DNA of 20,485 nt from a virus (lineage: Duplodnaviria > Heunggongvirae > Uroviricota > Caudoviricetes), in the IMG/VR virus record IMGVR_UViG_2568526635_000006, positions 1-20,485 of that record; one strand, 5' to 3'. The translations under genes were made by a program, and so were the position numbers. The notes below the pieces were generated by a model that saw nothing but the letters and a program-made list of their open reading frames with translations, ran no database searches and was not told the origin of the DNA. How positions within the stretch are numbered: the first letter of the stretch is position 1; each line of letters opens with the position of its first letter. Positions 8,426 through 18,345 of the stretch are shown in pieces.

Positions 8426-11400
8426 CTATATTTTTCCGCCTACGCCTTTAAACTTCTCAATAAACGAGACGATTTTCTGGAAAACTGCCTGTTTTTTCGT
8501 TTTATATTGCGGATTTAACGGACTAAGTTTTGGTAATGTTTCGTTTAATTCTGTGCCATTTTCGGTGGCATATTCGCGTTTTAAAGACGTGCGAATATAG
8601 CGTTTTGCTGCATCTTCATTGAGATTTTCTTCTTTTATCAATGCTTCTGCTTCACGTTGCTGTTCGCGTTGAGCAAACGTAAAGAATGCGTCAATGATGC
8701 TGGCTTTGTCCGGTAAATCATCCAGGTTCGTTTGCTGAATAAAATCGACCACCAGGCCCTCTTTAGCACGGTTCCCTAGGCTTGAACGAATTAAGCGTTT
8801 GACCTCTTCGATCATTTCGCCCTTGCCTTTATTTTGTCTGTTGTGTTCGAAAATCAGTCCAAGGATATAATCCAGGTTTATTTCCTGAGACTTCAGCAAA
8901 TCGACCTCAAAAACTACGTCATCCCAGTCAGTGGTTGATTTCTCTTTTTTCTCAGCTTCTTTCTCACGGCGCCGCCAGTCGCGAATATCGTTATAGGCAG
9001 AACGATAATCCTGAATCTTGCGATCAGCAGGGAGACGAATTGTTTGCAATTCAGCGAACTTTTCATTATCCACATAATGTTCTGCTTTGAATTTTTCTAC
9101 CGCAACAGGATCGCTAAGATCGATTTGTTGCAGGGCTTTTAGCGTGGCAAATTCATCATAGTTTTGCAGGATGTTCTCGGCACGCAGGTATTCGCCAAAC
9201 AGTTTAACGAAGTCTTTCTTCTCTTTTTCACTTTCAATACTGGTAGGGTCAGGGAACCGTTGTTCCAGTTCTGAAACTACTGTCATGAAGCCGCGTTTAG
9301 CTTCACCAGTAGCAGCATCAGTAAAGCCTTCCATATACTCTGTATAACTCTTTTCTAATACCACATTTTTGGTGTTTTTGTCACCAAACAGCGTTATGGC
9401 ATCAATAGTTGAGCGTTCCAGATCCCGGAACGTGACGATATTACCGAAGGTTTTAGTCGAGTCATAAATGCGGTTGGTGCGGGAGAATGCCTGCATCAGG
9501 CCGTGAAAACGCAAGTTTTTATCGACGAATAGCGTGTTTAATGTTGGAGCATCGAAGCCGGTTAAAAACATTCCCACGACAATTAACAGATCGATATCCT
9601 GATTTTTAACCCGTTGGGCTAAATCACGATAGTAGTTCTGAAAACCGTTACTGTCGGTGCTAAAGTTAGTTTTAAAATGGCTGTTATATTCACGAATTGC
9701 AGCGTCCAGAAACTCTTTAGCACTGCTGTCCATTGCGCTGGTATCAAAAGTTTCATCGGAAATTTCACCAATGGCATTTTGTTCTTCATTGGCGGCAAAG
9801 GAGAAGATTGTCGCAATACGCAGCGGTTTATAGGTAGCCGATTTATTAGCGGCTTCTTCTTGTAACCGTTTAAACGTCGCATAATAGGCTTTCGCGGCAT
9901 CCACGCTGCTCACTGCCAACATAGCATTAAAACCTTTTGAGCCAGGGAAGGTACGGTGGGTTTTCTGGCGGAAATTATTCAGGATATATTGCGTGATTTC
10001 CTGAATACGCATGGGATGAAGAAACGCCTGCTGATTTTCAGCCGCACTCAGTTTTTTCTCGTCAGTTTCTGTCTCTAAAGACTTAAACTGTGGCCGCACA
10101 TCGTTGTAGTCCACCTTGAATTTGAGCACTTTTTCGTCACGAATCGCATCGGTAATTACATACGAATGCAATTCACGACCAAATACGCTGGCGGTCGTTT
10201 CTGAGCCTAAGGCATTTTCCGGGAAAATAGGGGTGCCGGTAAAACCAAACTGATAATAGCGTTTGAATTTCTTCTTCAGGTTTTTCTGCGCTTCTCCAAA
10301 CTGGCTGCGGTGGCATTCATCAAATATAAACACCACTTGCTGATTGTATACAGGCAGGTCGCTTTCTGCTTTCATCAGGTTATTAAGTTTCTGAATAGTG
10401 GTGACGATAATTTTGTTATCGTCCTTATCCAGATTTCGTTTAAGACCTGCGGTATTTTCCGAGCCGTTGACGCTGTCTGGCGAAAAACGCTGATATTCCT
10501 TCATGGTCTGGTAATCGAGGTCTTTCCTGTCGACCACGAAGAAGACTTTATCAATAAAGTCCAGTTCAGTTGCCAGACGCGCGGCTTTAAAGCTGGTCAG
10601 TGTTTTACCGGAACCAGTGGTGTGCCAGATAAAGCCACCGCTTTCGGGGTTAGACCAGTTTTTCGCTTTATAGGAGCTGTTGATTTTCCATAAGATCCGT
10701 TCGGTAGCTGCAATCTGGTACGGTCGCATCACCAGTAGCGTCTGACTACTGTCAAACACGCTGTAGTTCACCAGAACATTAAGCAGGGTATGTTTCTGGA
10801 AAAAGGTAGCGGTAAAGTCTTTGAGGTCTTTAATCAGCGTGTTGTCTGATTTCGCCCAGTTCATGGTGAAGTCAAAACTGTTTTTATCGCGCTTTGTCGT
10901 GTTGGCAAAGTAACGGGTATCGGTGCCGTTGGAAATGACAAACAGTTGCAGATACTTAAACAGAGAATTTTCGCTGTTAAAACTCTCTTTGCTGTAACGA
11001 TGTATCTGGTTAAAGGCCTCACGAATCGCCACGCCGCGCTTTTTCAGTTCGATTTGTACCAGCGGTAAGCCATTAACCAGGATCGTGACGTCATAACGGT
11101 TAGCATGAGAACCCGTCTGTTCAAACTGCTGGATAATCTGCACCTTGTTGCGCATGAGATTCTTTTTATCTATCAAATAGATGTTCTCAAGACGCTCGTC
11201 ATCAAAAATAAAGTCGCAAATATAGTCGATATGGATTTTACGGGTCTTATCCAGGATGCCATCGCTCGGGTTATCCAGATACTGCTCCGTGAAACGCCGC
11301 CATTCGCTGTCATTAAACACCACACCATTGAGGTTCTGAAGCTGTTCCCGAACGTTGGCCAGCATCGCCGACTGAGATTTTACGGAAATAAATTCATAGC

Positions 11401-11542
11401 CCTGATTCCGCAGATCCTGAATCAGTTCACGTTCCAGGTCCGATTCGCTCTGGTAGCTGTCGCCTGTTTGCTCGGCTTTGATGTACTTATCAAGAACGAT
11501 AAAGTTATTGGATTCAGCAATGGTGTGTGTTTGATGAGTCAT
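8426..11542 (-). CDS. hsdR: Type I restriction enzyme R subunit (HsdR), 1038 aa
   Basis: SF2 helicase motif [14 protein letters not shown] and motif [12 protein letters not shown]; N-terminal PD-(D/E)xK-like nuclease region ([18 protein letters not shown]). ATG preceded by AAAGGA. Confidence 0.92.
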   Translation of the reverse strand: MTHQTHTIAESNNFIVLDKYIKAEQTGDSYQSESDLERELIQDLRNQGYEFISVKSQSAMLANVREQLQNLNGVVFNDSEWRRFTEQYLDNPSDGILDKTRKIHIDYICDFIFDDERLENIYLIDKKNLMRNKVQIIQQFEQTGSHANRYDVTILVNGLPLVQIELKKRGVAIREAFNQIHRYSKESFNSENSLFKYLQLFVISNGTDTRYFANTTKRDKNSFDFTMNWAKSDNTLIKDLKDFTATFFQKHTLLNVLVNYSVFDSSQTLLVMRPYQIAATERILWKINSSYKAKNWSNPESGGFIWHTTGSGKTLTSFKAARLATELDFIDKVFFVVDRKDLDYQTMKEYQRFSPDSVNGSENTAGLKRNLDKDDNKIIVTTIQKLNNLMKAESDLPVYNQQVVFIFDECHRSQFGEAQKNLKKKFKRYYQFGFTGTPIFPENALGSETTASVFGRELHSYVITDAIRDEKVLKFKVDYNDVRPQFKSLETETDEKKLSAAENQQAFLHPMRIQEITQYILNNFRQKTHRTFPGSKGFNAMLAVSSVDAAKAYYATFKRLQEEAANKSATYKPLRIATIFSFAANEEQNAIGEISDETFDTSAMDSSAKEFLDAAIREYNSHFKTNFSTDSNGFQNYYRDLAQRVKNQDIDLLIVVGMFLTGFDAPTLNTLFVDKNLRFHGLMQAFSRTNRIYDSTKTFGNIVTFRDLERSTIDAITLFGDKNTKNVVLEKSYTEYMEGFTDAATGEAKRGFMTVVSELEQRFPDPTSIESEKEKKDFVKLFGEYLRAENILQNYDEFATLKALQQIDLSDPVAVEKFKAEHYVDNEKFAELQTIRLPADRKIQDYRSAYNDIRDWRRREKEAEKKEKSTTDWDDVVFEVDLLKSQEINLDYILGLIFEHNRQNKGKGEMIEEVKRLIRSSLGNRAKEGLVVDFIQQTNLDDLPDKASIIDAFFTFAQREQQREAEALIKEENLNEDAAKRYIRTSLKREYATENGTELNETLPKLSPLNPQYKTKKQAVFQKIVSFIEKFKGVGGKI

Positions 11543-11663
11543 AGCGCATCCTTTGTGCCGTCTGGCAAGGGCCGGAAGGGCTTTAAGGGCGACTTCCGGC
11601 GTGTAAAAAATAGTCTCTATATAGACCGGATGTTAAGGTGATCCGGTCGGTAGCAATGGTCAA
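11543..11663 (-). promoter_or_regulatory. hsdS-hsdR intergenic region with two stem-loops; probable separate hsdR promoter and partial terminator
   Basis: Inverted repeats GACCGGAT-n9-ATCCGGTC (11624..11648) and GCCGGAAG-n14-CTTCCGGC (11571..11600), with a T-run on the minus strand between them. Confidence 0.35.
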
Positions 11664-12932
11664 TTAGTTACTGATAGTTTCAGGTTTGGGAAAACTGAAC
11701 AGTAAATCACGATAGTACTCGTATTGTTTCTGGCGCAACTCGATTTCACGCGGAAGACCTTCGGTGATGGAATTGGTCAAAGCATCAAATTTATCCAGTA
11801 ATTTCACTATTTTTTGTTGTTCAACTAGCGATCTTTCAGGAGAATCAGGAAATGGTACTGGTATCATAAGTTTTCTTAAGTTATCATTATAAAGTCTTTT
11901 AATAGTTCCACCTTCAGATATTCCCCATTTTGCTATTTTATAGAAATAGAATAAATATTTATTTAAAACTATTTTTTCATTATTTTCAATCCAGACAATA
12001 TTGCTATCCTGGAAATATGATTCCCTACCATCAAATATAACAGTCCTGCCGATGGTCCCACTGGCAGAAATCAATACTTCGCCAACTTTAGGATAACTAT
12101 ATTTTTCTTTAAATTCATTAAATAGTTTTCTAGATATATAGGAATCGGGTTCCTTACCAAATGTCCCAATTTTATAAAATGGAATCTCTCCCTCAGAAGA
12201 TGTTTGTGATTTTAGGATTCGTTTACACATACGAACTTCACCAATTTCCCCCAAAGCTTTCCACTCAACCTCACCCTCTTTAAAACTCAACAACTGGTCG
12301 CGATAGTAGTTGTATTGTTTTTTACGCATGCTAAGCTCAGCGGTAAGCTCAGCGGTAAGTGCAGTAAATTTGTCCAGAATCCGAACGATTTCAGACTGGA
12401 TGGCTAGGGACTTTTCCGGGTTGTCCGGGCAGGGTAATGGGATTTTGAATCTTCCCATTACGGCTGAGTTCAAGTTGTTAATGGTTGAGCTATTCAACAT
12501 TTCATCAAGATATTTTTGGAAAATATCACTTGTTAAAACGTGAAATAAATAACGTGGATTTAATTTTTCATCGCATCTGACGACCCCCATAAATCCGCCA
12601 AAGTAGTAGTCAATATCAGATTCTATGTAAGCAACTTTACCGACATGTTCACGGCTACCACTTGCTGCGCTAATTAGAATGTCGTTCTTATATAGCTTTT
12701 GCGAACTCTTTACTTTGGTGTCGAACCTCACCACCTTGACATCATTTAAATTTAAACAATTATTAGACAGCGTGATATTGTTAGCGCGAAGCACTTTATA
12801 GCCTTGACCATCCGCGCTTTCACTCGATTTGCTATAAATTAAACCACGTACATATTTTGCGACTTCTCCGAGAGTCTTCCACTCAACCTCAACCCCATCC
12901 AGCAATTTTTCCAGATAACTCATCTCGCTCAT
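11664..12932 (-). CDS. hsdS: Type I restriction-modification specificity subunit (HsdS), 422 aa, EcoR124 (type IC)-like
   Basis: Two AT-rich variable target-recognition domains separated by a conserved central region ending [26 protein letters not shown], with a C-terminal repeat [16 protein letters not shown]. Start overlaps the hsdM stop (ATGA). Confidence 0.9.
   Translation of the reverse strand: MSEMSYLEKLLDGVEVEWKTLGEVAKYVRGLIYSKSSESADGQGYKVLRANNITLSNNCLNLNDVKVVRFDTKVKSSQKLYKNDILISAASGSREHVGKVAYIESDIDYYFGGFMGVVRCDEKLNPRYLFHVLTSDIFQKYLDEMLNSSTINNLNSAVMGRFKIPLPCPDNPEKSLAIQSEIVRILDKFTALTAELTAELSMRKKQYNYYRDQLLSFKEGEVEWKALGEIGEVRMCKRILKSQTSSEGEIPFYKIGTFGKEPDSYISRKLFNEFKEKYSYPKVGEVLISASGTIGRTVIFDGRESYFQDSNIVWIENNEKIVLNKYLFYFYKIAKWGISEGGTIKRLYNDNLRKLMIPVPFPDSPERSLVEQQKIVKLLDKFDALTNSITEGLPREIELRQKQYEYYRDLLFSFPKPETISN
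12333..12368 (-). repeat. Tandem 12-bp codon repeat encoding TAEL-TAEL, with a degenerate third unit TAL, in the HsdS central conserved region
   Basis: Plus strand AAGCTCAGCGGT x2 (12333..12356) followed by AAGTGCAGTAAA. Minus-strand codons ACC GCT GAG CTT x2. Confidence 0.8.
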
Positions 12933-14491
12933 TTCTGCACCTCGCAGCCTTCAATTTCAGCCACAATCGCATCAATATCTTTACGCAACTGGTCGATTTT
13001 GCTGACCGTGGTTTTCAGCTCAGCATTCAGCTCAGCGATATCGATAATTTCGCGAGTATCTTTCGCTTCCACATAGCTGCTCACCGACAGGTTATAGTCA
13101 TTCGCGACAACAGTCTCAAACGCAACAGATTTCGCCAGATGAGCAACATCTTCCTTGCTGGCAAATACCTGCATAATCTGTTCGATATGAGCATCGGTCA
13201 GAATGTTGTTGTTAGTCTCTTTTTTGAACAGTTCGCTGGCATCAATAAACTGAACTTTGGTATCCGTTTTATGTTTAGACAGCACCAGAATATTGACGGC
13301 AATAGTGGTGCCAAAGAACAGATTCGGTGCCAGTGAAATCACGGTTTCGACATAGTTATTGTCGACCAGATACTGACGGATTTTCTGCTCCGCGCCGCCA
13401 CGGTAAAAAATGCCTGGGAAGCAGACAATCGCAGCGCGACCTTTGGCCGAAAGATAGTTCAGCGCATGTAATACAAACGCAAAGTCAGCTTTGGATTTGG
13501 GGGCCAGAACGCCAGCCGGGGCAAAACGTTCATCGTTAATCAGCGTCGGGTCATCGCTGCCAATCCATTTCACCGAATACGGCGGGTTAGAAACGATGGC
13601 GTCAAACGGTTTTTCATCTCTGAAGTGCGGCTCAGTCAGTGTATTACCCAGCTTGATATCAAACTTGTCGTAGTTGATATTGTGCAAAAACATGTTCATA
13701 CGCGCCAGGTTATAGGTCGTATGGTTGATTTCCTGACCGAAAAAGCCTTCTTCGATGATGTGGTTATCAAACTGTTTTTTCGCCTGCAACAACAGTGAGC
13801 CGGAACCCGCTGCCGGGTCGTAGATTTTGTTAACGCTGGTCTGCCCGTGCATAGCCAGTTGTGCAATCAGCTTGGAGACGTGCTGCGGTGTAAAGAACTC
13901 ACCGCCTGACTTACCGGCATTTGCCGCATAGTTAGAAATCAGGAACTCATAGGCATCACCGAACAGGTCAATCTGATGTTCGTTGAAGTCACCAAGTTTT
14001 AACCCTTCAACCCCTTTCAGAACCGCAGCCAGGCGGGCATTTTTATCTTTAACGGTGTTACCCAGGCGGTTACTGGTGGTATCGAAATCAGCAAACAAAC
14101 CTTTGATGTCAGCTTCTGAAGGATAACCGTAAGCAGAACTTTCGATAGCAACGAAGATGCTGTTTAAATCTGCATTCAGTCTGTCATTAGTATTTGCTTT
14201 CGCAGCTACGTTGCAGAAAAGCTGACTGGGGTAGATGAAGTAGCCTTTAGTTTTGATGGCATCGTCTTTAATGTCATCAGTAATTACGCTGTCATCCAGT
14301 TTCGCATAACAGATACTGTCATCACCGGCTTCAATATAACTGGAAAAATTTTCGCTGATAAAACGGTAGAAAAGTGCGCCCAGAACGTATTGCTTAAAAT
14401 CCCATCCATCGACCGAACCCCTGACATCGTTAGCAATTTGCCAGATTTGACGATGAAGCTCTGCACGTTGTTGAATACTTGTCATTTTCAT
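12929..14491 (-). CDS. hsdM: Type I restriction-modification N6-adenine DNA methyltransferase (HsdM), 520 aa
   Basis: AdoMet-binding motif [11 protein letters not shown] and catalytic motif IV NPPYS; typical HsdM N-terminus. First gene of the minus-strand hsdMSR operon. Confidence 0.92.
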   Translation of the reverse strand: MKMTSIQQRAELHRQIWQIANDVRGSVDGWDFKQYVLGALFYRFISENFSSYIEAGDDSICYAKLDDSVITDDIKDDAIKTKGYFIYPSQLFCNVAAKANTNDRLNADLNSIFVAIESSAYGYPSEADIKGLFADFDTTSNRLGNTVKDKNARLAAVLKGVEGLKLGDFNEHQIDLFGDAYEFLISNYAANAGKSGGEFFTPQHVSKLIAQLAMHGQTSVNKIYDPAAGSGSLLLQAKKQFDNHIIEEGFFGQEINHTTYNLARMNMFLHNINYDKFDIKLGNTLTEPHFRDEKPFDAIVSNPPYSVKWIGSDDPTLINDERFAPAGVLAPKSKADFAFVLHALNYLSAKGRAAIVCFPGIFYRGGAEQKIRQYLVDNNYVETVISLAPNLFFGTTIAVNILVLSKHKTDTKVQFIDASELFKKETNNNILTDAHIEQIMQVFASKEDVAHLAKSVAFETVVANDYNLSVSSYVEAKDTREIIDIAELNAELKTTVSKIDQLRKDIDAIVAEIEGCEVQK

Positions 14492-14630
14492 CCACTTATT
14501 TCAGGCTTATGTAATTGGCGGTGATTCTACAGCAACTTGGATGCTTTAGCAGTTCGGACATTAGGTAACGAATGACCTGCCTAGAGGTTTGTTAAGACGC
14601 AAAGTGCTGGTGCTTTATGCCTGTGAAGTT

Positions 14631-14660
14631 TATAATTGTGTACACATAACGAGTACACGA
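14631..14660 (+). promoter_or_regulatory. phd-doc promoter -10 (TATAAT) with palindromic autoregulatory operator half-sites
   Basis: TATAAT at 14631..14636, then TGTGTACACA and GAGTACAC palindromes immediately upstream of the RBS GAGGTG. Consistent with Phd/Doc autoregulation at palindromic operators. Confidence 0.5.
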
Positions 14661-14667
14661 GGTGTTT

Positions 14668-14889
14668 ATGCAATCCATTAACTTCCGTACCGCGCGCGGC
14701 AACCTTTCTGAAGTGCTCAACAATGTTGAAGCCGGGGAAGAGGTTGAAATCACCCGCAGAGGCCGTGAGCCAGCAGTAATTGTCAGCAAGGCTACTTTTG
14801 AAGCCTACAAAAAAGCGGCGCTGGATGCTGAATTTGCATCCCTGTTTGACACCCTGGACTCCACCAACAAGGAACTGGTTAACCGATAA
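14668..14889 (+). CDS. phd: Phd antitoxin (Phd/YefM family), 73 aa
   Basis: Product [49 protein letters not shown]... matches my recollection of phage P1 Phd essentially residue for residue. The track ORF begins 6 nt upstream at a GTG. Stop overlaps the doc start (TAATG). Confidence 0.9.
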   Translation: MQSINFRTARGNLSEVLNNVEAGEEVEITRRGREPAVIVSKATFEAYKKAALDAEFASLFDTLDSTNKELVNR

Positions 14890-15269
14890 TGAGGCATATA
14901 TCACCGGAAGAACTTATTGCGCTTCATGATGCGAATATAAACCGCTACGGCGGCCTGCCGGGAATGTCAGATCCGGGTAGGGCAGAGGCCATTATCGGGA
15001 GAGTTCAGGCCAGAGTTGCCTACGAAGATATCACCGACCTTTTCGAAGTCTCCGCCACCTACCTGGTGGCTACTGCGAGAGGGCATATATTCAATGATGC
15101 CAATAAGCGTACCGCGCTAAACAGTGCGCTGCTATTTCTACGCCGTAACGGGGTGCAGGTATTTGATTCACCAGAACTGGCAGACCTTACCGTAGGGGCT
15201 GCGACCGGAGAGATATCTGTATCTTCTGTCGCCGACACGTTACGTAGATTGTATGGTTCTGCGGAGTAG
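14889..15269 (+). CDS. doc: Doc toxin (Fic-fold kinase, death on curing), 126 aa
   Basis: Fic/Doc motif [12 protein letters not shown]; length and sequence match recalled P1 Doc. Confidence 0.9.
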   Translation: MRHISPEELIALHDANINRYGGLPGMSDPGRAEAIIGRVQARVAYEDITDLFEVSATYLVATARGHIFNDANKRTALNSALLFLRRNGVQVFDSPELADLTVGAATGEISVSSVADTLRRLYGSAE

Positions 15270-15273
15270 ATTA

Positions 15274-15453
15274 ATGGCACGTAAATACAACAAATTGTCC
15301 CGTGAAGCGTTAAAGATGCTTCTTGATGGCGTGAGTCGCCGCGAGGTAAAGCAATACCTGGTTGGTAAGCAAATTGGTGCCAGGACAGCTATTGCTGTGT
15401 TATGCCGTCAGGAAATGGTTGTGCTTAAACAGAGAATGCCGGGCAGCAGATAA
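15274..15453 (+). CDS. Small hypothetical protein (59 aa from ATG 15274; the track ORF starts at 15253)
   Basis: ATG 7 nt after GGAG, just after the doc stop; basic product. By position it may correspond to one of the P1 post-doc (pdc) genes. Confidence 0.4.
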   Translation: MARKYNKLSREALKMLLDGVSRREVKQYLVGKQIGARTAIAVLCRQEMVVLKQRMPGSR

Positions 15454-15480
15454 AGCCCAATCAGTGATTAAAGGTGTGAT

Positions 15481-16524
15481 GTGAAAGCCGTAATTACTCC
15501 CTTTGTACAGAAAGAGCTTGGCCTCGCCACGTTCAAAGTGGATCAGGAGGTCAGAAAGCTGGTGGAGGCTGGCCGTAAATTTATTATGGAGCCGGTGCCG
15601 CGTGAGTTAATCGAGCACATGGACGACGGCCTCGTTGTTTCCGAGCAAACTATGGCAACAAATGAGGCGTTGCAGCCGTTTTTTAACAGCGATGAACTGT
15701 TTCGCCGTATTGGTGGAATTGACGCGCTGGTGGCGTGGTTGCGTAGGAAAGAGGGTCAATGCCAGGCCGCAGATCGTAGTTGGTGTGACAACCATATTGT
15801 CCACGCTGAACGAGACAATAGCGCGGTGTTGTTGTGCTGGCATCACGATAACCATTATCGGATGCGTGGTTTTAATGAGCTGAAAGAAACGCTGCACAAT
15901 AATCGCGTTAACTGGATACTGGATGTCGCCCGTCAGGAAATGGGCCTTTCAAATAGCCATGATTTAAGTATTCAGGAGCTGTGCTGGTGGGCTTTCATGC
16001 GCAACATGATGCACCTGATGCCGGAAGAAGTCTGCCGCATATCAATAAATAAGATGAAGGCTACTCCGCAGGATAGCGGACCTCTGAAAGAGGCGGATAT
16101 TCGCCCGTATGACGATCGCGCTACAGCATATGTTCAGATGATGGAAGAACGCGCCGCGCCGATGCGTGCAAAAGTATGCCCTGTGGATGTTGACTCCGAC
16201 CCAGGTATGGCGCATTTCAAGATACCAAAACTTCAATCGCTAAAATTGCCCGAGTACATGGACTTTGTGGCTTCCCGTCCATGCTGTGGCTGTGGAGCTG
16301 CGGGAGCTGGCGCTCACATTACGCCTTATATCGTTCGTCATAGTCGATTATGCGCGCATGACATTTATGCTATTCCTCTGTGCCAGTCATGCCAGCGTGA
16401 TATTGAGCGTGACCGCGATAATTGGGAGAAGACGCACGGTAGGCTGGCGATGCATCAACGATTGTTCTTTGATTACGCGCTTGGAGTCGGCGCTATCACA
16501 AGTCATTCGTCGAGTGTTAGATAA
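15481..16524 (+). CDS. Hypothetical 347-aa protein with two Cys/His-rich clusters (putative zinc-binding, possibly nuclease-like)
   Basis: GTG start after AAGGTG. Clusters [15 protein letters not shown]...CWHHDNH and [13 protein letters not shown]...RHSRLCAH...CQSCQ. May correspond to a P1 pdc gene by position. Confidence 0.55.
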   Translation: MKAVITPFVQKELGLATFKVDQEVRKLVEAGRKFIMEPVPRELIEHMDDGLVVSEQTMATNEALQPFFNSDELFRRIGGIDALVAWLRRKEGQCQAADRSWCDNHIVHAERDNSAVLLCWHHDNHYRMRGFNELKETLHNNRVNWILDVARQEMGLSNSHDLSIQELCWWAFMRNMMHLMPEEVCRISINKMKATPQDSGPLKEADIRPYDDRATAYVQMMEERAAPMRAKVCPVDVDSDPGMAHFKIPKLQSLKLPEYMDFVASRPCCGCGAAGAGAHITPYIVRHSRLCAHDIYAIPLCQSCQRDIERDRDNWEKTHGRLAMHQRLFFDYALGVGAITSHSSSVR

Positions 16525-16525
16525 A

Positions 16526-16567
16526 ATTGCTCTAATGTATTGCTATTTCTTTAATCTAGGGTATTAT
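16526..16567 (+). promoter_or_regulatory. C1-operator-like site overlapping a sigma70-type promoter upstream of the lpa-like gene
   Basis: ATTGCTCTAATGTATTG (14 of 17 to consensus) at 16526..16542 overlaps the -35 TTGCTA (16540..16545); 16-bp spacer; -10 TATTAT (16562..16567). In P1, gene 10 (lpa) is known to be C1-controlled. Confidence 0.5.
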
Positions 16568-16612
16568 ATTCGACGTTGATTAGTTGACATGGGCTAATCA
16601 GTAGGTGACAGG

Positions 16613-17065
16613 ATGTTACTTAACTGGCAGGGACGCCACTTCATGGAAATAAATCACTCACGAATAACATCGTACGAGATTGCGGATTACATGATCCGCA
16701 CTAAATCTCTTCTATCAGCGAAAGAACTCGCAGCAATTCTTGAAAAGGAATACCCGCATCTGGATGTCGATAAGCGCGATGTTTATCTGCGCTTAAAGGC
16801 TATCGCTGTGTCTAAGTATTCGTCTGTTTTGATTGATGACAGTACACGCCCACGTAGATTTCAGATCCACTCTCTGAATCCTGAATTCTTTCGCCGCAGT
16901 CGCGCTCCGCGCCGGTTTGATGAAAAACTCCAGAACGAACTCTATATGACGCAGGACGAAAAGGAACGCCGGGAGCACCAGCCTTGGGTAATGGCGCGTC
17001 AACTTTTCAATAAGGTGGTCCGTCAGCACCGTCATTACGGTAATGCCACATCCGCACGTATCTGA
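16613..17065 (+). CDS. lpa: Putative late-promoter activator (Lpa / gp10-like), about 140 to 150 aa
   Basis: Assigned by synteny (directly upstream of pacA, downstream of phd-doc) and by the C1-operator-controlled promoter, not by recognised sequence. Alternative start ATG 16643. Confidence 0.5.
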   Translation: MLLNWQGRHFMEINHSRITSYEIADYMIRTKSLLSAKELAAILEKEYPHLDVDKRDVYLRLKAIAVSKYSSVLIDDSTRPRRFQIHSLNPEFFRRSRAPRRFDEKLQNELYMTQDEKERREHQPWVMARQLFNKVVRQHRHYGNATSARI

Positions 17066-17151
17066 TTGATTGCTTGCCCGTTCCGGGCCTTTTGACATGT
17101 GACTTTCGTTACCCTCGCGTCAAAAAGAGTTTTATACGAAAGGAAGCATAA

Positions 17152-18345
17152 GTGACCTGGGACGATCACAAGAAGAATTTTGCTCGCCTGGCGCGAGATG
17201 GTGGTTACACCATCGCACAATATGCCGCCGAGTTTAATCTCAACCCAAACACCGCACGTCGTTATCTCCGTGCATTCAAAGAAGACACCGGAACAGCGGA
17301 CAGCCGTAAGCCAAATAAGCCTGTCAGGAAACCACTAAAAAGCATGATCATTGATCACGCTAATGATCAACGTGCAGGTGATCACGTTGTGGCTGAAATG
17401 GCTGAAAAACAAAGAGTTAATGCTGTTGTCAGTGCCGCAGTCGAGAACGCTAAGCGCCAAAATAAGCGCATAAATGATCGTTCTGATGATCATGACGTGA
17501 TCACCCGCGCCCACCGTACCTTACGTGATCGCCTGGAACGCGACACCCTGGATGATGATGGTGAACGCTTTGAATTCGAAGCTGGCGATTACCTGATAGA
17601 TAACGTTGAAGCGCGGAAGGCCGCGCGCGCTATGTTGCGTCGGTCCGGGGCCGATGTTCTGGAAACCACACTTCTGGAAAAGTCTCTTTCTCATCTCCTT
17701 ATGCTGGAGAACGCCAGGGATACGTGTATTCGCCTGGTGCAGGAAATGCGCGATCAGCAAAAAGACGATGATGAAGGTACTCCGCCTGAATACCGTATCG
17801 CGAGCATGCTAAACAGCTGTTCCGCGCAGATAAGCAGCCTGATCAACACCATTTACAGCATCCGGAATAACTATCGAAAAGAAAGCCGGGAGGCGGAAAA
17901 GCACGCTTTGTCTATGGGGCAAGCTGGCATTGTTAAGCTGGCATACGAACGAAAGCGTGAAAATAACTGGTCAGTGCTGGAAGCAGCTGAATTCATCGAG
18001 GCGCATGGCGGGAAAGTGCCGCCCCTGATGCTGGAGCAAATCAAAGCCGATCTGCGTGCTCCTAAGACAAATACCGATGATGAGGAAAGGCAAACTGCCG
18101 TCGGTGGCCCTTCTCTTGAAGATCTGGACAAAGTTGCGCGAGAACGGGCCGCCAACCGCCGCGCCGATGCTGCATTGTGGATTGAGCAACGTAGGGAAGA
18201 AATCGCCGATATCGTTGATACAGGCGGTTATGGAGATGTTGATACTGAAGGTGTATCAAACGAACCATGGCTGGAACAAGACCTGGACGAAGACGAGGAG
18301 GAAGACGAAGAAGTTACCCGCAAGCTATACGGGGATGATGATTAA
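17152..18345 (+). CDS. pacA: Terminase small (pac-recognition) subunit PacA, 397 aa
   Basis: GTG start 5 nt after AGGAAG. The P1-type pac site lies inside the gene, the length matches recalled P1 PacA, the C-terminus is acidic, and the stop overlaps the pacB start (TAATG). Confidence 0.85.
   Translation: MTWDDHKKNFARLARDGGYTIAQYAAEFNLNPNTARRYLRAFKEDTGTADSRKPNKPVRKPLKSMIIDHANDQRAGDHVVAEMAEKQRVNAVVSAAVENAKRQNKRINDRSDDHDVITRAHRTLRDRLERDTLDDDGERFEFEAGDYLIDNVEARKAARAMLRRSGADVLETTLLEKSLSHLLMLENARDTCIRLVQEMRDQQKDDDEGTPPEYRIASMLNSCSAQISSLINTIYSIRNNYRKESREAEKHALSMGQAGIVKLAYERKRENNWSVLEAAEFIEAHGGKVPPLMLEQIKADLRAPKTNTDDEERQTAVGGPSLEDLDKVARERAANRRADAALWIEQRREEIADIVDTGGYGDVDTEGVSNEPWLEQDLDEDEEEDEEVTRKLYGDDD
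17344..17503. other. P1-type pac (packaging initiation) site inside pacA
   Basis: About 160 bp holding seven GATC-containing hexamers in a 4+3 arrangement: TGATCA x4 at 17345..17384 and TGATCG/TGATCA/TGATCA at 17475..17503, separated by about 90 bp. Each hexamer contains a Dam site. Confidence 0.85.

Noticed and set aside
8426-14491. Plus-strand ORFs embedded antisense in the hsd genes (for example 9677..9865, 10310..10693, 11105..11641, 12310..12543, 12857..13336, 13327..13673)
   Set aside because: Fully contained within minus-strand genes that carry unambiguous HsdR/HsdS/HsdM motifs; no RBS support and low-complexity translations.
14581-14904. 107-aa minus-strand ORF overlapping phd and its promoter
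   Set aside because: Overlaps the well-supported phd gene and its operator; no start-site support.
17066-17151. Lpa-dependent late promoter upstream of pacA (TTTTGAC...GTCAAAA inverted elements and TTTATAC)
   Set aside because: I cannot recall the P1 late-promoter consensus reliably enough to call it; the inverted elements are 22 bp apart and may be coincidental.
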